Positions 36,808 through 48,827 of a stretch of 64,000 bases of DNA are shown one piece after another. The stretch is from assembly GCA_037481615.1 (NCBI GenBank), contig JBBFLI010000018.1; one strand, written 5' to 3'. The notes below the pieces were generated by a model. That model was given only the letters and a program-made list of their open reading frames with translations, ran no database searches and was not told the DNA's origin. Position 1 is the first letter of the stretch. The number at the start of each line of letters is the position of its first letter. The translations under genes were made by a program, and so were the position numbers. The stretch comes from Desulfobacterales bacterium (GTDB taxonomy: Bacteria; Desulfobacterota; Desulfobacteria; Desulfobacterales; SpSt-501).

Positions 36808-39057
36808 ATGGAAGAAGCCCTCATCGCGCCCGCGGCGGTTGCGCCGCAGAAGCAGCCCCCCGCCAAGCCGCGGCTTGCGCTCTCCGAGAACGCGCTCACG
36901 GTGCTGCGCAAGCGCTACCTGAAAAAAGACCCCCAGGGCAAGCCGATCGAAACCCCGGAGAAAATGTTCCGCCGGGTCGCCCACCACATCGCGCGCGCCG
37001 AGAGGAACTACGGCGCCGACGAGAGCCGGACGGCCGAAATCGAGGAGATCTTCTACGATCTCATGACCACGTTCCGCTTTCTGCCGAACTCCCCGACGCT
37101 CATGAACGCCGGGCGGCGCCTCGGCCAGCTCGCCGCCTGCTTCGTGCTGCCCGTGGAAGACAGCATGGAGGGGATCTTCGACGCCCTGCGCAACGCGGCG
37201 CTCATCCACAAGTCCGGCGGCGGGACGGGCTTTTCCTTCTCGCGGCTCCGGCCCAAGAACAGCAACGTCGGCTCGACGGGGGGGGTCGCCTCCGGGCCGG
37301 TCTCCTTCATGAAGATCTTCAACACCGCCACCGAGCAGGTGAAGCAGGGCGGCACGCGGCGCGGAGCCAACATGGCGATCCTGCGCGTCGACCACCCCGA
37401 CATCCTGGAGTTCATCCATTGCAAGTCGAGCGGCCGCGACCTGAACAACTTCAACATCTCGGTCGCCGTGACCGACGCCTTCATGCGCGCGGCCGCCGCC
37501 GGCGAGGACTACGACCTCCTCGACCCCCGGGACAAGCGCCCCGTCGCACGACTCAACGCGGCCGAGGTCTACGCCGCCCTCGTCTCGCAGGCCTGGAAGA
37601 CGGGCGACCCGGGCATCATCTTCCTCGACCGCATGAACGCGGCGAACCCCACCCCCGAGCTCGGCGAAATCGAGTCCACGAACCCCTGCGGCGAGCAGCC
37701 GCTGCTCCCGATGGAGGCCTGCAACCTGGGCTCGATCAACCTCGCCCGTTTCGTGCGCCCGGCCGCGGGAATCGACTGGGAGGCCCTGCGCGAGACGGTG
37801 AACTGGTCGGTGCGCTTCCTCGACGACACGATCGACATGTCCCGCTATCCTCTCCCCGAGATCACGGCCATGGTGCAGGGAAACCGCAAGGTGGGCCTGG
37901 GGGTCATGGGTTTCGCCGATCTGCTCTTCGAGCTCGGCATCCCCTACGACTCCGAGGAGGCCCTGCAGACGGCCGAGTCGGTCATGGCCTTCATCCAGCA
38001 GACCGCGCATGCCGCCTCGGAGGCGCTCGCCCACGAACGCGGCGTCTTCCCCAACTGGGAAAAGAGCATTTACGGCAAACAGGGGCTCAAGCGCCGCAAC
38101 GCGACCCTGACGACGATCGCGCCCACCGGCACGTTGAGCATCATCGCCGGCTGCTCGAGCGGCATCGAGCCCCTCTTCGCCCTGAGCTTCGTCCGCCGCG
38201 TCATGGACAACGACCGGCTGCTCGAGGTGAACCCGGTCTTCGAGCGGGTGGCGCGCGAGCGCGGCTTCTACAGCGCGGAACTCATGGACCGGATCGCCCG
38301 CGAGGGCTCGATCCGGCACCTCGAGGAGATCCCCGAGGACGTGCGCCGCGTCTTCGTGACCGCCCACGACATTTCGCCCGACTGGCACGTGCGCATGCAA
38401 GCCGCCTTCCAGAAGCACACCGACAACGCGGTTTCGAAAACCGTGAACCTCCCGCGGCAGGCGACGGTCGACGACGTCCGCCGCGTCTACGATCTCGCCT
38501 TCGAGCTCGGCTGCAAGGGGGTGACCATCTACCGCGACGGCAGCAAGGAGAACCAGGTGCTCTCCGTCGGGGGCGCCGCCGGGATGCCGCCGGGCGGGGT
38601 GCTCGAGCGGCCCGAGACCCTCTTCGGCTTCACGACCAAGATCAAGACCGGCTACGGCCACCTCTACGTCACCGTCACCGAGCTCGACGGGCGGCCCTTC
38701 GAGGTCTTCGCGACGATCGGCAAATCGGGCCGTTCGACCACGGCCAAGACCGAGGCGATCGGCAGGCTCGTCTCGCTCGCCCTGCGCTCGGGCGTCACCG
38801 TGGACAAGATCGTCGATCAGCTGAAGGGGATCTGCGGCGAGCACCCGATCTTCCAGAACGGCGGGCTCGTGCTCTCCATCCCGGATGCGATCGCCCGCGT
38901 GCTCGAGAAGCGCTACCTCACCCGGGAAGGCCAGCCCCGGACCGGCAAGACCGAGCCGAGCCTCTCGGGGGAGAAATGCCCGGAGTGCGGGCAGAAGGTC
39001 GCCTTCGAGGAGGGCTGCCTCATCTGCCACTTCTGCGGCTACAACAAGTGCAGCTGA
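36808..39057 (+). CDS. nrdJ: Adenosylcobalamin-dependent (class II) ribonucleotide reductase
   Basis: TNPCGEQPL active-site loop, a class II RNR core, and a C-terminal zinc ribbon CPECG...CLICHFCG. Confidence 0.92.
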   Translation: MEEALIAPAAVAPQKQPPAKPRLALSENALTVLRKRYLKKDPQGKPIETPEKMFRRVAHHIARAERNYGADESRTAEIEEIFYDLMTTFRFLPNSPTLMNAGRRLGQLAACFVLPVEDSMEGIFDALRNAALIHKSGGGTGFSFSRLRPKNSNVGSTGGVASGPVSFMKIFNTATEQVKQGGTRRGANMAILRVDHPDILEFIHCKSSGRDLNNFNISVAVTDAFMRAAAAGEDYDLLDPRDKRPVARLNAAEVYAALVSQAWKTGDPGIIFLDRMNAANPTPELGEIESTNPCGEQPLLPMEACNLGSINLARFVRPAAGIDWEALRETVNWSVRFLDDTIDMSRYPLPEITAMVQGNRKVGLGVMGFADLLFELGIPYDSEEALQTAESVMAFIQQTAHAASEALAHERGVFPNWEKSIYGKQGLKRRNATLTTIAPTGTLSIIAGCSSGIEPLFALSFVRRVMDNDRLLEVNPVFERVARERGFYSAELMDRIAREGSIRHLEEIPEDVRRVFVTAHDISPDWHVRMQAAFQKHTDNAVSKTVNLPRQATVDDVRRVYDLAFELGCKGVTIYRDGSKENQVLSVGGAAGMPPGGVLERPETLFGFTTKIKTGYGHLYVTVTELDGRPFEVFATIGKSGRSTTAKTEAIGRLVSLALRSGVTVDKIVDQLKGICGEHPIFQNGGLVLSIPDAIARVLEKRYLTREGQPRTGKTEPSLSGEKCPECGQKVAFEEGCLICHFCGYNKCS

Positions 39058-39065
39058 GGCGCCCC

Positions 39066-39500
39066 TCAGGGCCGCCTCAGGCAGTTGACGCAGAGCCCCT
39101 CCGCCCGGACCTCGACGCGGCGGATCTCGCCCGCGAACACGCGGCGCACGCCGGCGAGATCCACGCGCACCCCCCCCGGCGGCAGGCACTGCACGGCGCC
39201 GCAGCGCGCGCAGCGGAAATGGGGGTGCGCCGGGTGTTGCTCGCTCGGCGCCATGCCGAAGAGCCGGCCGCGGCCCCCGAGCGAGAGCTCCTCGAGGATC
39301 CCCTTCGCCACCAGGCGGTCGAGGATGCGGTAGACCGTGACGCGGTCGAGGCTCCCCGTGCGGCTGACCGTGCGGTGGATCTCCGCCGCGCTCAGGGGCG
39401 CGGGGTGGCTGCCGACGACCTCGAGCACGCGCAGCCGGCCCGCCGTCGCCTCCAGGCCGGCCCGCTCGAGGATTTCCCGGTAGTTGCAGCGCGAGCACAT
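39066..39500 (-). CDS. zur: Fur-family metalloregulator, probably Zur
   Basis: Winged helix (RLRVLEVVGSHP...SAAEIH), CxxC pairs (FRCARCG, GLCVNC). It is the last gene of the znu operon. The real start MCSRCNY is internal to the track ORF. Confidence 0.7.
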   Translation of the reverse strand: MCSRCNYREILERAGLEATAGRLRVLEVVGSHPAPLSAAEIHRTVSRTGSLDRVTVYRILDRLVAKGILEELSLGGRGRLFGMAPSEQHPAHPHFRCARCGAVQCLPPGGVRVDLAGVRRVFAGEIRRVEVRAEGLCVNCLRRP

Positions 39501-39532
39501 GGCGGATTCCGCGATCTTCGCCGACCGCAGGT

Positions 39533-40357
39533 TCAGCCGGCACCCCCTGCGCGCGCCGGATGGAGGCGCCGCCACAGGAGTGCGGCCCCGAAGCCCGCGG
39601 CCGCCACGAGGATGATCGTCGCCCCCGAGGTGAGATCGAGCCCGTAGGAGACGAAGAGCCCGACCACGGTGAAGAGGGCGCTCAAAGCGGTCGCCCGCGC
39701 CATCATCCCTTTCAGCGAGCCGCTGAAGGACTCGGCGATGAAGGGCGGGATGGTGAGCAGCGCGATCACGAGGATCAACCCCACCACCCGGATCACGATC
39801 ACGACACTCGCCGCGATCAGCGCGAGCATGAGGCTGTAGAGGGCCGCCACGGGCACGCGTCGGATGCGTGCGAACTCGGGGTCGTAGGACATGGCGAGAA
39901 AATGGGGGTAGAACCACGCGACGACCCCCACGACGAGAGCGGCGATGACCGCCATCTCGCCCAGTTCGGAGGCGGGCACGGCCAGAATGCTCCCGAAGAG
40001 GTAGCTCATGAGATCGCTGCGGTAGCCGGGGGTGAGATCGATCAGGACGATCCCCGCCGCCATCCCGACCGCCCAGATCACCCCGACCACCGCGTCCGCG
40101 CGGTGCCGCGCGCGAAGCGTCACCGCGGCCATCGCCGCGGCGGCGGCGAGCGCGACGCCCAGAGTCCCCGCGAGAAACGGCCAGCCGAGGAAGATCGCCA
40201 GTCCGATCCCGCCGTAGGCCGCATGGGCGATCCCCCCGGCGAGAAAGACGATCCGGTTCACCACGACGAGCGTCCCGATGACGCCGCAGACGAGGCTCAC
40301 GAGCAGCCCGGCGGCGAGCGCGTGGCGCATGAACTCCATGTGCAGGATCTCGGACAT
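39533..40357 (-). CDS. znuB: Metal (Zn/Mn) ABC transporter permease, ABC-3 family
   Basis: A polytopic 274-aa protein similar to ZnuB/TroCD permeases. Confidence 0.85.
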   Translation of the reverse strand: MSEILHMEFMRHALAAGLLVSLVCGVIGTLVVVNRIVFLAGGIAHAAYGGIGLAIFLGWPFLAGTLGVALAAAAAMAAVTLRARHRADAVVGVIWAVGMAAGIVLIDLTPGYRSDLMSYLFGSILAVPASELGEMAVIAALVVGVVAWFYPHFLAMSYDPEFARIRRVPVAALYSLMLALIAASVVIVIRVVGLILVIALLTIPPFIAESFSGSLKGMMARATALSALFTVVGLFVSYGLDLTSGATIILVAAAGFGAALLWRRLHPARAGGAG

Positions 40358-40358
40358 C

Positions 40359-41144
40359 TCAACCTTCCCGATGGACTTCGAAGACGCGATGCGGGACCCC
40401 GTGGGCCACGAGATCGACCGGGCAGCGGTAGGCGGCCTCGAGCAGCTCGGGGGTGATTTCGCCCCCCGCGTGGTGGTGCAGGCGGCGGTTCACACAGGCG
40501 ACCGATTTCACCCGCGGCGAGAGCATCATCGTGTCGTGGGTCACGGCGACGATCGTGACGCTGCGGTTCAGTTCGGCCAGGAGATCATAGAACTCCGCGC
40601 GCCCCTGGGCGTCGATGCTGGCCATGGCCTCGTCGAGGAGCAGGATCTCGGGCCGGGAGACGAGGGCGCGGGCGATGAAGGCGCGCTGCAGTTGCCCCCC
40701 GGAGAGCTGCCCGACGCGGCGGCGTCGAAGCTCCCAGACGCCCATCTCCTCCATCGCCCGGCGCACGGCGGCCTCCTCCTCGCGGCGGGCCCCCGGCCGC
40801 ATCCGCCCCCCGCCCGCCCCGAGCCTCCCCATGCGCACGACGTCGTGGACGCAGATCGGGAAGCTCTTGTTCACATGGACGTTCTGCGGCACGTACCCCA
40901 CGCGGTGGGCCGCCCGGGGCGGGGAGGTCCCGAGAACGGCGATCTCCCCGCGCCGGGGGGCGAGCAGCCCCAGGATGAGCTTGAGAAGCGTCGTCTTGCC
41001 CCCGCCGTTCGGCCCGATCAGGACGAGGAAATCGCCTCGCGGGACGACGAGATTCACCCCTTCGAGCACGGACTGGCCGTTATAGGAGAACCAGACCCCG
41101 CGGATGTCGATCACCGGCTCGGGCCGGTTGCGATTCCTTTCCAT
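40359..41144 (-). CDS. znuC: Metal ABC transporter ATP-binding protein
   Basis: Walker A GPNGGGKTT, signature LSGGQLQR, Walker B ILLLDEA. Confidence 0.88.
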   Translation of the reverse strand: MERNRNRPEPVIDIRGVWFSYNGQSVLEGVNLVVPRGDFLVLIGPNGGGKTTLLKLILGLLAPRRGEIAVLGTSPPRAAHRVGYVPQNVHVNKSFPICVHDVVRMGRLGAGGGRMRPGARREEEAAVRRAMEEMGVWELRRRRVGQLSGGQLQRAFIARALVSRPEILLLDEAMASIDAQGRAEFYDLLAELNRSVTIVAVTHDTMMLSPRVKSVACVNRRLHHHAGGEITPELLEAAYRCPVDLVAHGVPHRVFEVHREG

Positions 41145-41150
41145 GTCGCC

Positions 41151-42092
41151 TCACGGCAGGGCCTCGCGCAGCCGCCCGGCCGCCCGGCGCAGGTTCTCCG
41201 CCCAGTCCGCGGCGAGCGGATCGACCGGGATCACCTTCCCCCCGATCCCGCGCGCCACGGCCTCGGCGCTGCGGGTCGAGAACTGGGGCTGCACGAAGAC
41301 CGCCCGGATGCCTTCCTGGCGCGCGAAGCGGATCACTTCCTCGAGCCGGGCGGGCTTGGGCTCCTTGCCCTCGACTTCGATCGCCCGCTGCTCGAGCCCG
41401 TAGTCGCGGGCGAAATAGCCCCACGAGGGGTGAAAGACGAGAAACCGGGCCCCTTCCCTCCCGGCGAACAGCGCGCGCAACTCGGCGTCCAGCCTTTCGA
41501 TTTCCTCGAGAAACGAAGCGTACCCCGCTTCATACCGCGCACGGTGATCCGGATCAACCGCGATCAGCCCGTCCCGGATGTGCGCCGCCTGGATGCGGAC
41601 GAGCGCGGGGGAGAGCCAGATATGCGGGTCGAGCCCGTCGTCATGAACGTGCCCATGGCCGCCGTCGGCTCCGTGGGTGTGAAGCCTGCCGCGGGAAGAG
41701 GTCTTCGCCGCCGTCCTGTGGCGGTGGCCGTCGGCGTGAACGTGGGCCGGGAGCGCGATCTTCTCGACTCCCCGGTCGGTGGCGACGATCGGCATCCGGG
41801 GGTTCGCGGTCGCGATCTTCTCCATCCAGGCCTTTTCGAAGTCGATCCCGATCGCGAAGTAGACCGCCGCACGGGAGAGCTCGGCCATCTGGCGCGGCCG
41901 GGGTTCATACGAATGCGGGTCCGCCCCCGGCGGCACGAACACCGACACCCGGACCCGCTCGCCGCCGATCCGCTCGACGAAATACCGCTGCGGCTCGATG
42001 CTCACGAACACCGGAACGGGGGAGCCCGCAACCGCCCCCGACCCCCACATCGAAACGATCAGGGCCCACAGTACCAGCCGACGCGAGTTCAT
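41151..42092 (-). CDS. znuA: Periplasmic metal-binding protein (cluster A-I) with a His-rich loop, zinc-type
   Basis: His-rich insert HVHADGHRHR...HTHGADGGHGHVHDDGLDPH. Start MNSRRL (42092) follows a GAGGAGG RBS; the track start is 42113. Confidence 0.85.
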   Translation of the reverse strand: MNSRRLVLWALIVSMWGSGAVAGSPVPVFVSIEPQRYFVERIGGERVRVSVFVPPGADPHSYEPRPRQMAELSRAAVYFAIGIDFEKAWMEKIATANPRMPIVATDRGVEKIALPAHVHADGHRHRTAAKTSSRGRLHTHGADGGHGHVHDDGLDPHIWLSPALVRIQAAHIRDGLIAVDPDHRARYEAGYASFLEEIERLDAELRALFAGREGARFLVFHPSWGYFARDYGLEQRAIEVEGKEPKPARLEEVIRFARQEGIRAVFVQPQFSTRSAEAVARGIGGKVIPVDPLAADWAENLRRAAGRLREALP

Positions 42093-42107
42093 GAATGTCC
42101 TCCTCGG

Positions 42108-42193
42108 ATGCAATCTGTTTGCATATCACATCTCAGCAGATTTTCCCTTTAACACTAATACAGCGAACGTTCACGTTTTGCAACAATGTTGCA
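42108..42193 (-). promoter_or_regulatory. znu promoter region with two TGCAA/TTGCA dyads (candidate Zur operators) and TTGCAA-N17-TATTAG
   Basis: ATGCAA-tctgt-TTGCAT at 42108-42124. TGCAAC-aat-GTTGCA at 42179-42193 overlaps the -35 (42178-42183). The -10 is at 42155-42160 (minus strand). Confidence 0.45.
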
Positions 42194-42255
42194 TCCAGGC
42201 CGCGCCGTCAACCCCCGAAGGGCGACGGCGGGGGGGGAACAAGGGGCGACGGCGG

Positions 42256-43644
42256 TCAGGACTTGAGGATCCGCATCCCCTCGCGGGTGTCCTTGACGGT
42301 GTAGCCGAGCTTCTGGATCTCGGCGCGCAGCCGGTCGGACTCGGCCCAGTCCTTCGCCTCCCGCGCGGCTTTCCGCAACGCGGCGAGGCGGCGCACCTCC
42401 TCGGGCAGTTCCTCGGGCAGGTGGAGGCGGTCGAGGTCGAGGCCCAGCACGCGGTCGAAATCGATCACCGTCGCCCGCTTCACGGGGGGAGGCAGATCGC
42501 TCTTCAGCAGCTCCTGCACCACGGCCATGGCCCGCGGCAGGTTGAGGTCGTCGTTCACCTCCGCGAGGAACCGCTCGCGGAAGGAAGGCTCGGGGGACGC
42601 CTCGGCCCCCGGGGCCCCGAGGTCGCGCACCTGGTTGTAGAGGTGCTCGAGTCCGGCGCGGGCGGCCTCGATCGAGGCTTCGCTGTACTCCATCGGCTTG
42701 CGGTAGTGGGAGAGAAAGCAGGCGAAGCGGAAGGCGAGCGGCGGGATGCCTCGGCGGAGCAGGGCGTTTTCCAGGGTCAGGAAGTTCTCCTCGCTCTTCG
42801 CCATCTTCTTTCCGCCCTGGACCTGGAGGAAGGCCCCGTGCATCCAGAAGCGGAAGAAGGGCTTGCCCGTCGCCGCCTCGGACTGAGCGATCTCGTTCGT
42901 GTGGTGGATGTCGATGTGGTCGATCCCGCCGCAGTGGATGTCGAGCCGCTCCCCCAGGTATTTGAGGCTCATCGCCGAACACTCGATGTGCCAGCCCGGG
43001 AAGCCCACCCCCCAGGGGGAGTCCCATTCCATCTGCCGCTTCACCCCCGGCGGCGAGAATTTCCAGAGCGCGAAATCGGTCGGGTTGCGCTTCTCGGGGT
43101 TCCTCTCGACGCGGGCCCCCTCGCGCAGCGCCTCGAGGTTCTGGCTCGACAGCCTCCCGTACTCCGGGAACCGCGCGGTGTCGAAGTAGATCCCGTCGCT
43201 CGTGCGGTAGGTGTAGCCCTTCTCCTCGAGGAGGCGGATGAGGGCGATCTGCTCCGGGATGTTGTCGGTCGCCCGGCACCAGACGGTCGGCTCGAGGATG
43301 TTCAGCCGCGCCATGTCCTCGCGGAAGGCCTGCGTGTAGAATTCGGCGATCTCCCAGGCGGTCTTGCCCTCGCGGCGCGATCCGGCCTCGATCTTGTCCT
43401 CGCCCAGGTCGCGGTCCCCGGTCAGATGCCCCACATCGGTGATGTTCATCACATGGCGCACGCGGAATCCGTTGTAGAGGAGCACGCGCTTGAGCACGTC
43501 CTCGAAGAGGAAGGTGCGCAGGTTGCCGAGATGGGCGTAGTTGTAAACCGTCGGCCCGCAGGTGTAGAGGCCGACCTCGTCCGGGAACAGGGGAACGAAG
43601 ACCTCTTTGCGGCGCGAGCGGGTGTTGTAGAGAACCAGCGGCAT
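42256..43644 (-). CDS. cysS: Cysteine--tRNA ligase
   Basis: [16 protein letters not shown] (HIGH-type) and KMAKS (KMSKS-type) motifs. This is the true gene at the 3' end of the 1885-aa shadow ORF. Confidence 0.93.
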   Translation of the reverse strand: MPLVLYNTRSRRKEVFVPLFPDEVGLYTCGPTVYNYAHLGNLRTFLFEDVLKRVLLYNGFRVRHVMNITDVGHLTGDRDLGEDKIEAGSRREGKTAWEIAEFYTQAFREDMARLNILEPTVWCRATDNIPEQIALIRLLEEKGYTYRTSDGIYFDTARFPEYGRLSSQNLEALREGARVERNPEKRNPTDFALWKFSPPGVKRQMEWDSPWGVGFPGWHIECSAMSLKYLGERLDIHCGGIDHIDIHHTNEIAQSEAATGKPFFRFWMHGAFLQVQGGKKMAKSEENFLTLENALLRRGIPPLAFRFACFLSHYRKPMEYSEASIEAARAGLEHLYNQVRDLGAPGAEASPEPSFRERFLAEVNDDLNLPRAMAVVQELLKSDLPPPVKRATVIDFDRVLGLDLDRLHLPEELPEEVRRLAALRKAAREAKDWAESDRLRAEIQKLGYTVKDTREGMRILKS

Positions 43645-43664
43645 GCCGGCGTCGGAGACGGTCT

Positions 43665-44030
43665 TCAGGAGTCGCTCTTCTTCCGCGCGCGGGGGCGGGC
43701 CGGGGCGGGCTTCCGGGAGGGGGAGGCCGGCCGTGCCGTCTGGAGCTGTTTTTTCAGCTGCTGGATCTCGCGCTTCAGGCCCTTCAGGTCCTCGCGCGTG
43801 GCGACGTCGGCCTTGTGCAGGATCTCCTTCACCAGGTGGTTCACGCGGGACTCGAAGCCTTTCTGCGCCTTCTCGTAGCTCTCCCGCAGGCTCTGCAAAA
43901 ACTGTCCGGCCTCCCGTTCCGAGAGCCGGGACTTGCGGGCGATCTCGCGGCCGGCGGCCTCGACCTCGCGCCAGGTCTGCAGCGCAAGGCCGACCCCGGT
44001 GTTCAAGGCCTTCTTGAGCGATTCGATCAT
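43665..44030 (-). CDS. Phasin-family / PHA-granule-associated regulator-like coiled-coil protein
   Basis: A 121-aa helical protein (...[34 protein letters not shown]) with a basic tail. The family assignment is from memory only. Confidence 0.45.
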   Translation of the reverse strand: MIESLKKALNTGVGLALQTWREVEAAGREIARKSRLSEREAGQFLQSLRESYEKAQKGFESRVNHLVKEILHKADVATREDLKGLKREIQQLKKQLQTARPASPSRKPAPARPRARKKSDS

Positions 44031-44060
44031 CGGGCTCTTTCCTTTCCCCCCGCGGGGGGA

Positions 44061-45215
<1,155 letters not shown>

Positions 45216-45385
45216 GGCGTTCCTCCCGTTCGGGGCGGCGGCCCGGAGCGTCCTTGGGGGGTCCGGAAGATGCGGACGGTGCGCGGATGCCGCCCGCCGT
45301 CCGCGAAGCGCTTACCACAGGCCCGAAGGCTTTGCAAGGCGGGCGAGGGAAACGGGATCCCGCCGCGGCGGAAGGGGAGGCCGCC

Positions 45386-45414
45386 TTGACTGGGACGCGG
45401 ATCTGCCCTAAAGC
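45386..45414 (+). promoter_or_regulatory. Sigma-70-like promoter candidate TTGACT-N17-TAAAGC ahead of the cooC-like operon
   Basis: TTGACT at 45386-45391 and TAAAGC at 45409-45414. Confidence 0.4.
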
Positions 45415-45471
45415 GAAGATCCGGTCGCGGCCGGCGGGCCGCACCGAAATCCAGCGTGCGGGATTCCTCCG

Positions 45472-46221
45472 ATGGGCTTCCACATCGCCATGGCCGGCAA
45501 GGGCGGAACCGGCAAGACGACGCTCGCCGGTCTGCTCGTCCGTTACCTGATCTCCCACGGCCGCAAGCCGGTGCTCGCCGTCGACGCCGACAGCAACGCC
45601 AACCTGAACGAGGTCCTGGGCGTTCCCCTCGCGGAAACCGTGGGCGAGGCCCGCGAGGACATGAAACGCGGCCAGGTCCCGAGCGGGATGACCAAGGACC
45701 TCTTCCTCGAGATGAAGCTCGGCCAGGCCGTGGTCGAGGCCGGGGACTTCGACCTGATCGCCATGGGGCGGCCGGAAGGCCCCGGCTGTTACTGCGCCGC
45801 CAACTCGATCCTCGTCACCTGCCTCGAGAAGCTCGTCGCGAACTACCCCTGGGTGGTCATGGACAACGAGGCCGGCATGGAGCACATCAGCCGGCTGACC
45901 ACCAAGAACGTCGACGTGTTGATCATCGTCTCGGATGCCTCGCGGCGCGGCCTCGAGGCGGCGCTGCGCATCGAGCGGCTCGCGCGCGAGCTGAACATCG
46001 GCGTCGGGGCGAGCCACCTGATCGTCAACCGCGCCTCGGCTCCCCCCGCCCCGGAGGCGCTGCGGCCGTTGCTCGAGGCGGGGCTGCCCCTCGCCGGGAT
46101 CGTCCCGGAGGACCGCCGGGTCTACGAGTTCGACGCCGCCGGTCGGCCGATCATCGAGCTCCCCGAGGATTCCGAATGCCTGCGGGCGGCGTATGGGATC
46201 TTTGCGCGAATCCTGCCCTGA
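45472..46221 (+). CDS. CooC/AcsF-type MinD-family metallocentre-insertion ATPase
   Basis: Deviant Walker [11 protein letters not shown] plus the CxC metal-bridging motif in [13 protein letters not shown]. Confidence 0.75.
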   Translation: MGFHIAMAGKGGTGKTTLAGLLVRYLISHGRKPVLAVDADSNANLNEVLGVPLAETVGEAREDMKRGQVPSGMTKDLFLEMKLGQAVVEAGDFDLIAMGRPEGPGCYCAANSILVTCLEKLVANYPWVVMDNEAGMEHISRLTTKNVDVLIIVSDASRRGLEAALRIERLARELNIGVGASHLIVNRASAPPAPEALRPLLEAGLPLAGIVPEDRRVYEFDAAGRPIIELPEDSECLRAAYGIFARILP

Positions 46222-46284
46222 ACCCGAGGCCGGCACCGTGTTTCCCGGAGCCGGGGGATTCTTTTCCCTTGCGAGGAAGGCATC

Positions 46285-47235
46285 ATGAGACGCACCGGCC
46301 TGGTCTACGACGAGCGCTTCTTGCGGCACCGGACCGGCCCGTATCACCCCGAGGTCCCCGAGCGGCTCACCGCCGTGATGCAGGGCCTCCGGGAAGGCGG
46401 GCTCCTCGAGCGGGTGGTCCCCCTCCCCGCCGAGCCCGCCGAGCTCACCTGGGTCCACGCCGTCCACAGCGCCGAATACGTCCGGCGGTTCGAGGCCGCC
46501 TGCCGCAAGGGGGAGACCGTCTTCGACTCGCCCGACAACCAGATGTGCCGCGAAACCTACGAGGTCGCCCTCCTCGCCGTGGGCGGGGTGCTCGCGGCCT
46601 GCCGCGAAGTGCTCGAGGGCAGGCTCGACAACGCCTTCTGCGCCGTCCGCCCCCCCGGGCACCACGCCGAGGCGAACCGCGCCATGGGCTTCTGCTACTT
46701 CAACAACGTCGCCATCGCCGCCCGCTACATCCAGCGGCGCTTCGGCATCGAGCGCATCGGCATCATCGACTTCGACGTCCACCACGGAAACGGCACCCAG
46801 CACATCTTCGAGGAAGACTCGCGGGTCTTCTACTACAGCATCCACCAGCACCCCTCCTTCGCCTACCCGGGGACGGGACGCGAGTTCGAATACGGCCGGG
46901 GCGTCGGCTACGGGTTCACCAAGAACTCGCCCGCCCTGCCCGGGCAGGGGGACGAAGAGTACCGGCGGCTGCTCGAACGCGATCTCCTGCCGGCCTTCGA
47001 AGAATTCCGGCCCGAGGTCATTCTCGTCTCGGCCGGCTTCGACGCGCACCGCGACGACGACATGTCCGACATCGCCCTCTCCACGGAGGGCTACGACTGG
47101 ATCATGGAGCAGATCCTCGCCCTGGCTGCGGCGCACAGCCGGCACCGCCTGATCTCGGTGCTCGAGGGCGGCTATTGCCTCACGCGCCTGCCCGAGCTCG
47201 CCCGCAACCATGTGCAGGCCCTGCTGGACGGCTGA
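46285..47235 (+). CDS. Zn-dependent histone-deacetylase-family (AcuC/HDAH-like) deacetylase
   Basis: [26 protein letters not shown] and EGGY motifs. Confidence 0.88.
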   Translation: MRRTGLVYDERFLRHRTGPYHPEVPERLTAVMQGLREGGLLERVVPLPAEPAELTWVHAVHSAEYVRRFEAACRKGETVFDSPDNQMCRETYEVALLAVGGVLAACREVLEGRLDNAFCAVRPPGHHAEANRAMGFCYFNNVAIAARYIQRRFGIERIGIIDFDVHHGNGTQHIFEEDSRVFYYSIHQHPSFAYPGTGREFEYGRGVGYGFTKNSPALPGQGDEEYRRLLERDLLPAFEEFRPEVILVSAGFDAHRDDDMSDIALSTEGYDWIMEQILALAAAHSRHRLISVLEGGYCLTRLPELARNHVQALLDG

Positions 47236-47268
47236 TGGGGTGAATTCTATCGCATCGAGGGGGAAACC

Positions 47269-47967
47269 ATGTTCGTCAGCAGATCCATGACCCGCGGGGT
47301 CATCACCGCCACCCCGGAAACCTCCCTGTTCGACCTCCAGGAGCTCATGAGCGCGCACCGCATCCGCCACATCCCCATCGTGGACGCCGAGCGCAAGGTG
47401 ATCGGGATCGTGAGCGACCGCGACATCCGCAGCGCGCTGCCCTTCCGCTTCTTCAAGGAGGGGCTGAGCGAGGAGGAACGGGCGAAATTCCAGGACATCC
47501 GCGCCCGCGACATCATGACCTCGCCGGTGATCACCATCTCGCCCGGCTACACGATCCAGGACGCGCTGCTCATGATCCAGAACGCCAAGGTGGGGGCTCT
47601 GCCGGTCGTCGACGAGGAGGGCCGGCTCCGCGGGATCCTCTCCGTGCGCGACCTCCTGCGGGCCTTCATCAACGTGCTCGGCATCGGCGAGCCGGGAACC
47701 CTGCTCTGCATCCTGGTCGAGGAGAAGGTCGGGCAGCTCAAGAAGATCGTCGACGCCATTACGGAGATGGGCATCTCCTTCGGCAGCGTGCTCGTCGCCC
47801 GCTACTGGGAAGAGGACAAGCGCGCGGTCTTCCCCTACCTCCTCACCCAGAACGTGGCGCCGGTGAAGAAAAAGCTGACCGAGATGGGCTACACCCTGAT
47901 CGACCCCATGCAATGGTACCTTGACCAGCTCCCGGAAAAGGAGAAAGAGCCGCCGCCCCGGTCATGA
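47269..47967 (+). CDS. CBS-pair plus ACT-like domain protein (AcuB architecture)
   Basis: Two CBS motifs ([13 protein letters not shown]...HIPIVD; [10 protein letters not shown]...[16 protein letters not shown]), then an ACT-like C-terminus. Confidence 0.75.
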   Translation: MFVSRSMTRGVITATPETSLFDLQELMSAHRIRHIPIVDAERKVIGIVSDRDIRSALPFRFFKEGLSEEERAKFQDIRARDIMTSPVITISPGYTIQDALLMIQNAKVGALPVVDEEGRLRGILSVRDLLRAFINVLGIGEPGTLLCILVEEKVGQLKKIVDAITEMGISFGSVLVARYWEEDKRAVFPYLLTQNVAPVKKKLTEMGYTLIDPMQWYLDQLPEKEKEPPPRS

Positions 47968-48827
47968 ACCGCCGAACCGCCCTCTCCAGCGCCGAGCTCC
48001 ACATCTACGAGTGCGCCGGCCGGCCGCCGGCCTTCGCCGAGCCCGAGGCGGAGGCCTTCCTCGGCGCCTGGTGCGAGGAGGGAAGCTGCTTTCTGTTCTT
48101 CTCCGCCCCGGCCGACCGCGCGGTCGCGGATTTTCTCGCCCGGCACCCCGGCCTCGCGCTGCGCGACACCCACCGCATGGCCTACGCCGACTGGCAGGGA
48201 AGCCTCCCGGAGGAGGTCCGCGTCGGGCGCTTCCGATTCCTGTGCCGCGGGCGGGCGCAGGGTGCGGCGGCACCGCCTTCGCCGCCGGCCCTGGTTCTCG
48301 ACCCGGGCCTGGTCTTCGGCAACGGCCTCCACCCCACGACCCGCGACTGCCTCCGGGCCCTCGAGCATGCGGTCCGGGATCGCCCCCCCGGCCGGGTGCT
48401 CGACCTCGGCACCGGCACGGGGATCTTGGCGCTCGCCGCAGCGTCCCTCGGCGGCCGCGTGCTCGCCGTCGATGTGAACCCGCTCGCCGCGCGCACGGCG
48501 CGCCGCAACGTGCTGGCCAACGGGCTGGCGGAGCGGGTCCTGGTCGTCTCCGGCCGGGCCGAGGACTTCGCCGGGACCGCCGCCGACCTCGCGCTCGCCA
48601 ACCTGCACGGAAGCGTGCTGCTCGGGCTGCTCGCCGCCGGCGCCTTCCGCCGGACGCCGCGCTGGGTCCTTTCCGGTCTGCTCCGCGGCGAGGTGGGCGA
48701 AGCCCGGCGGCGGCTCCGCCTGGCGGGCTACGAAGTCCGGCGGGAGTGGGCCCACGAGGGGGTCTGGCACACCCTTTTCGCCTGCGACCGCCGCCTCTCC
48801 GGGGGAGCGGGGTCATGCAGGAGCTGA
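47964..48827 (+). CDS. prmA: Ribosomal protein L11 methyltransferase-like SAM-dependent methyltransferase
   Basis: FGNGLHPTTRDCLRALE and VLDLGTGTGILALAA motifs. The ATG overlaps the upstream stop (ATGA). Confidence 0.8.
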   Translation: MNRRTALSSAELHIYECAGRPPAFAEPEAEAFLGAWCEEGSCFLFFSAPADRAVADFLARHPGLALRDTHRMAYADWQGSLPEEVRVGRFRFLCRGRAQGAAAPPSPPALVLDPGLVFGNGLHPTTRDCLRALEHAVRDRPPGRVLDLGTGTGILALAAASLGGRVLAVDVNPLAARTARRNVLANGLAERVLVVSGRAEDFAGTAADLALANLHGSVLLGLLAAGAFRRTPRWVLSGLLRGEVGEARRRLRLAGYEVRREWAHEGVWHTLFACDRRLSGGAGSCRS

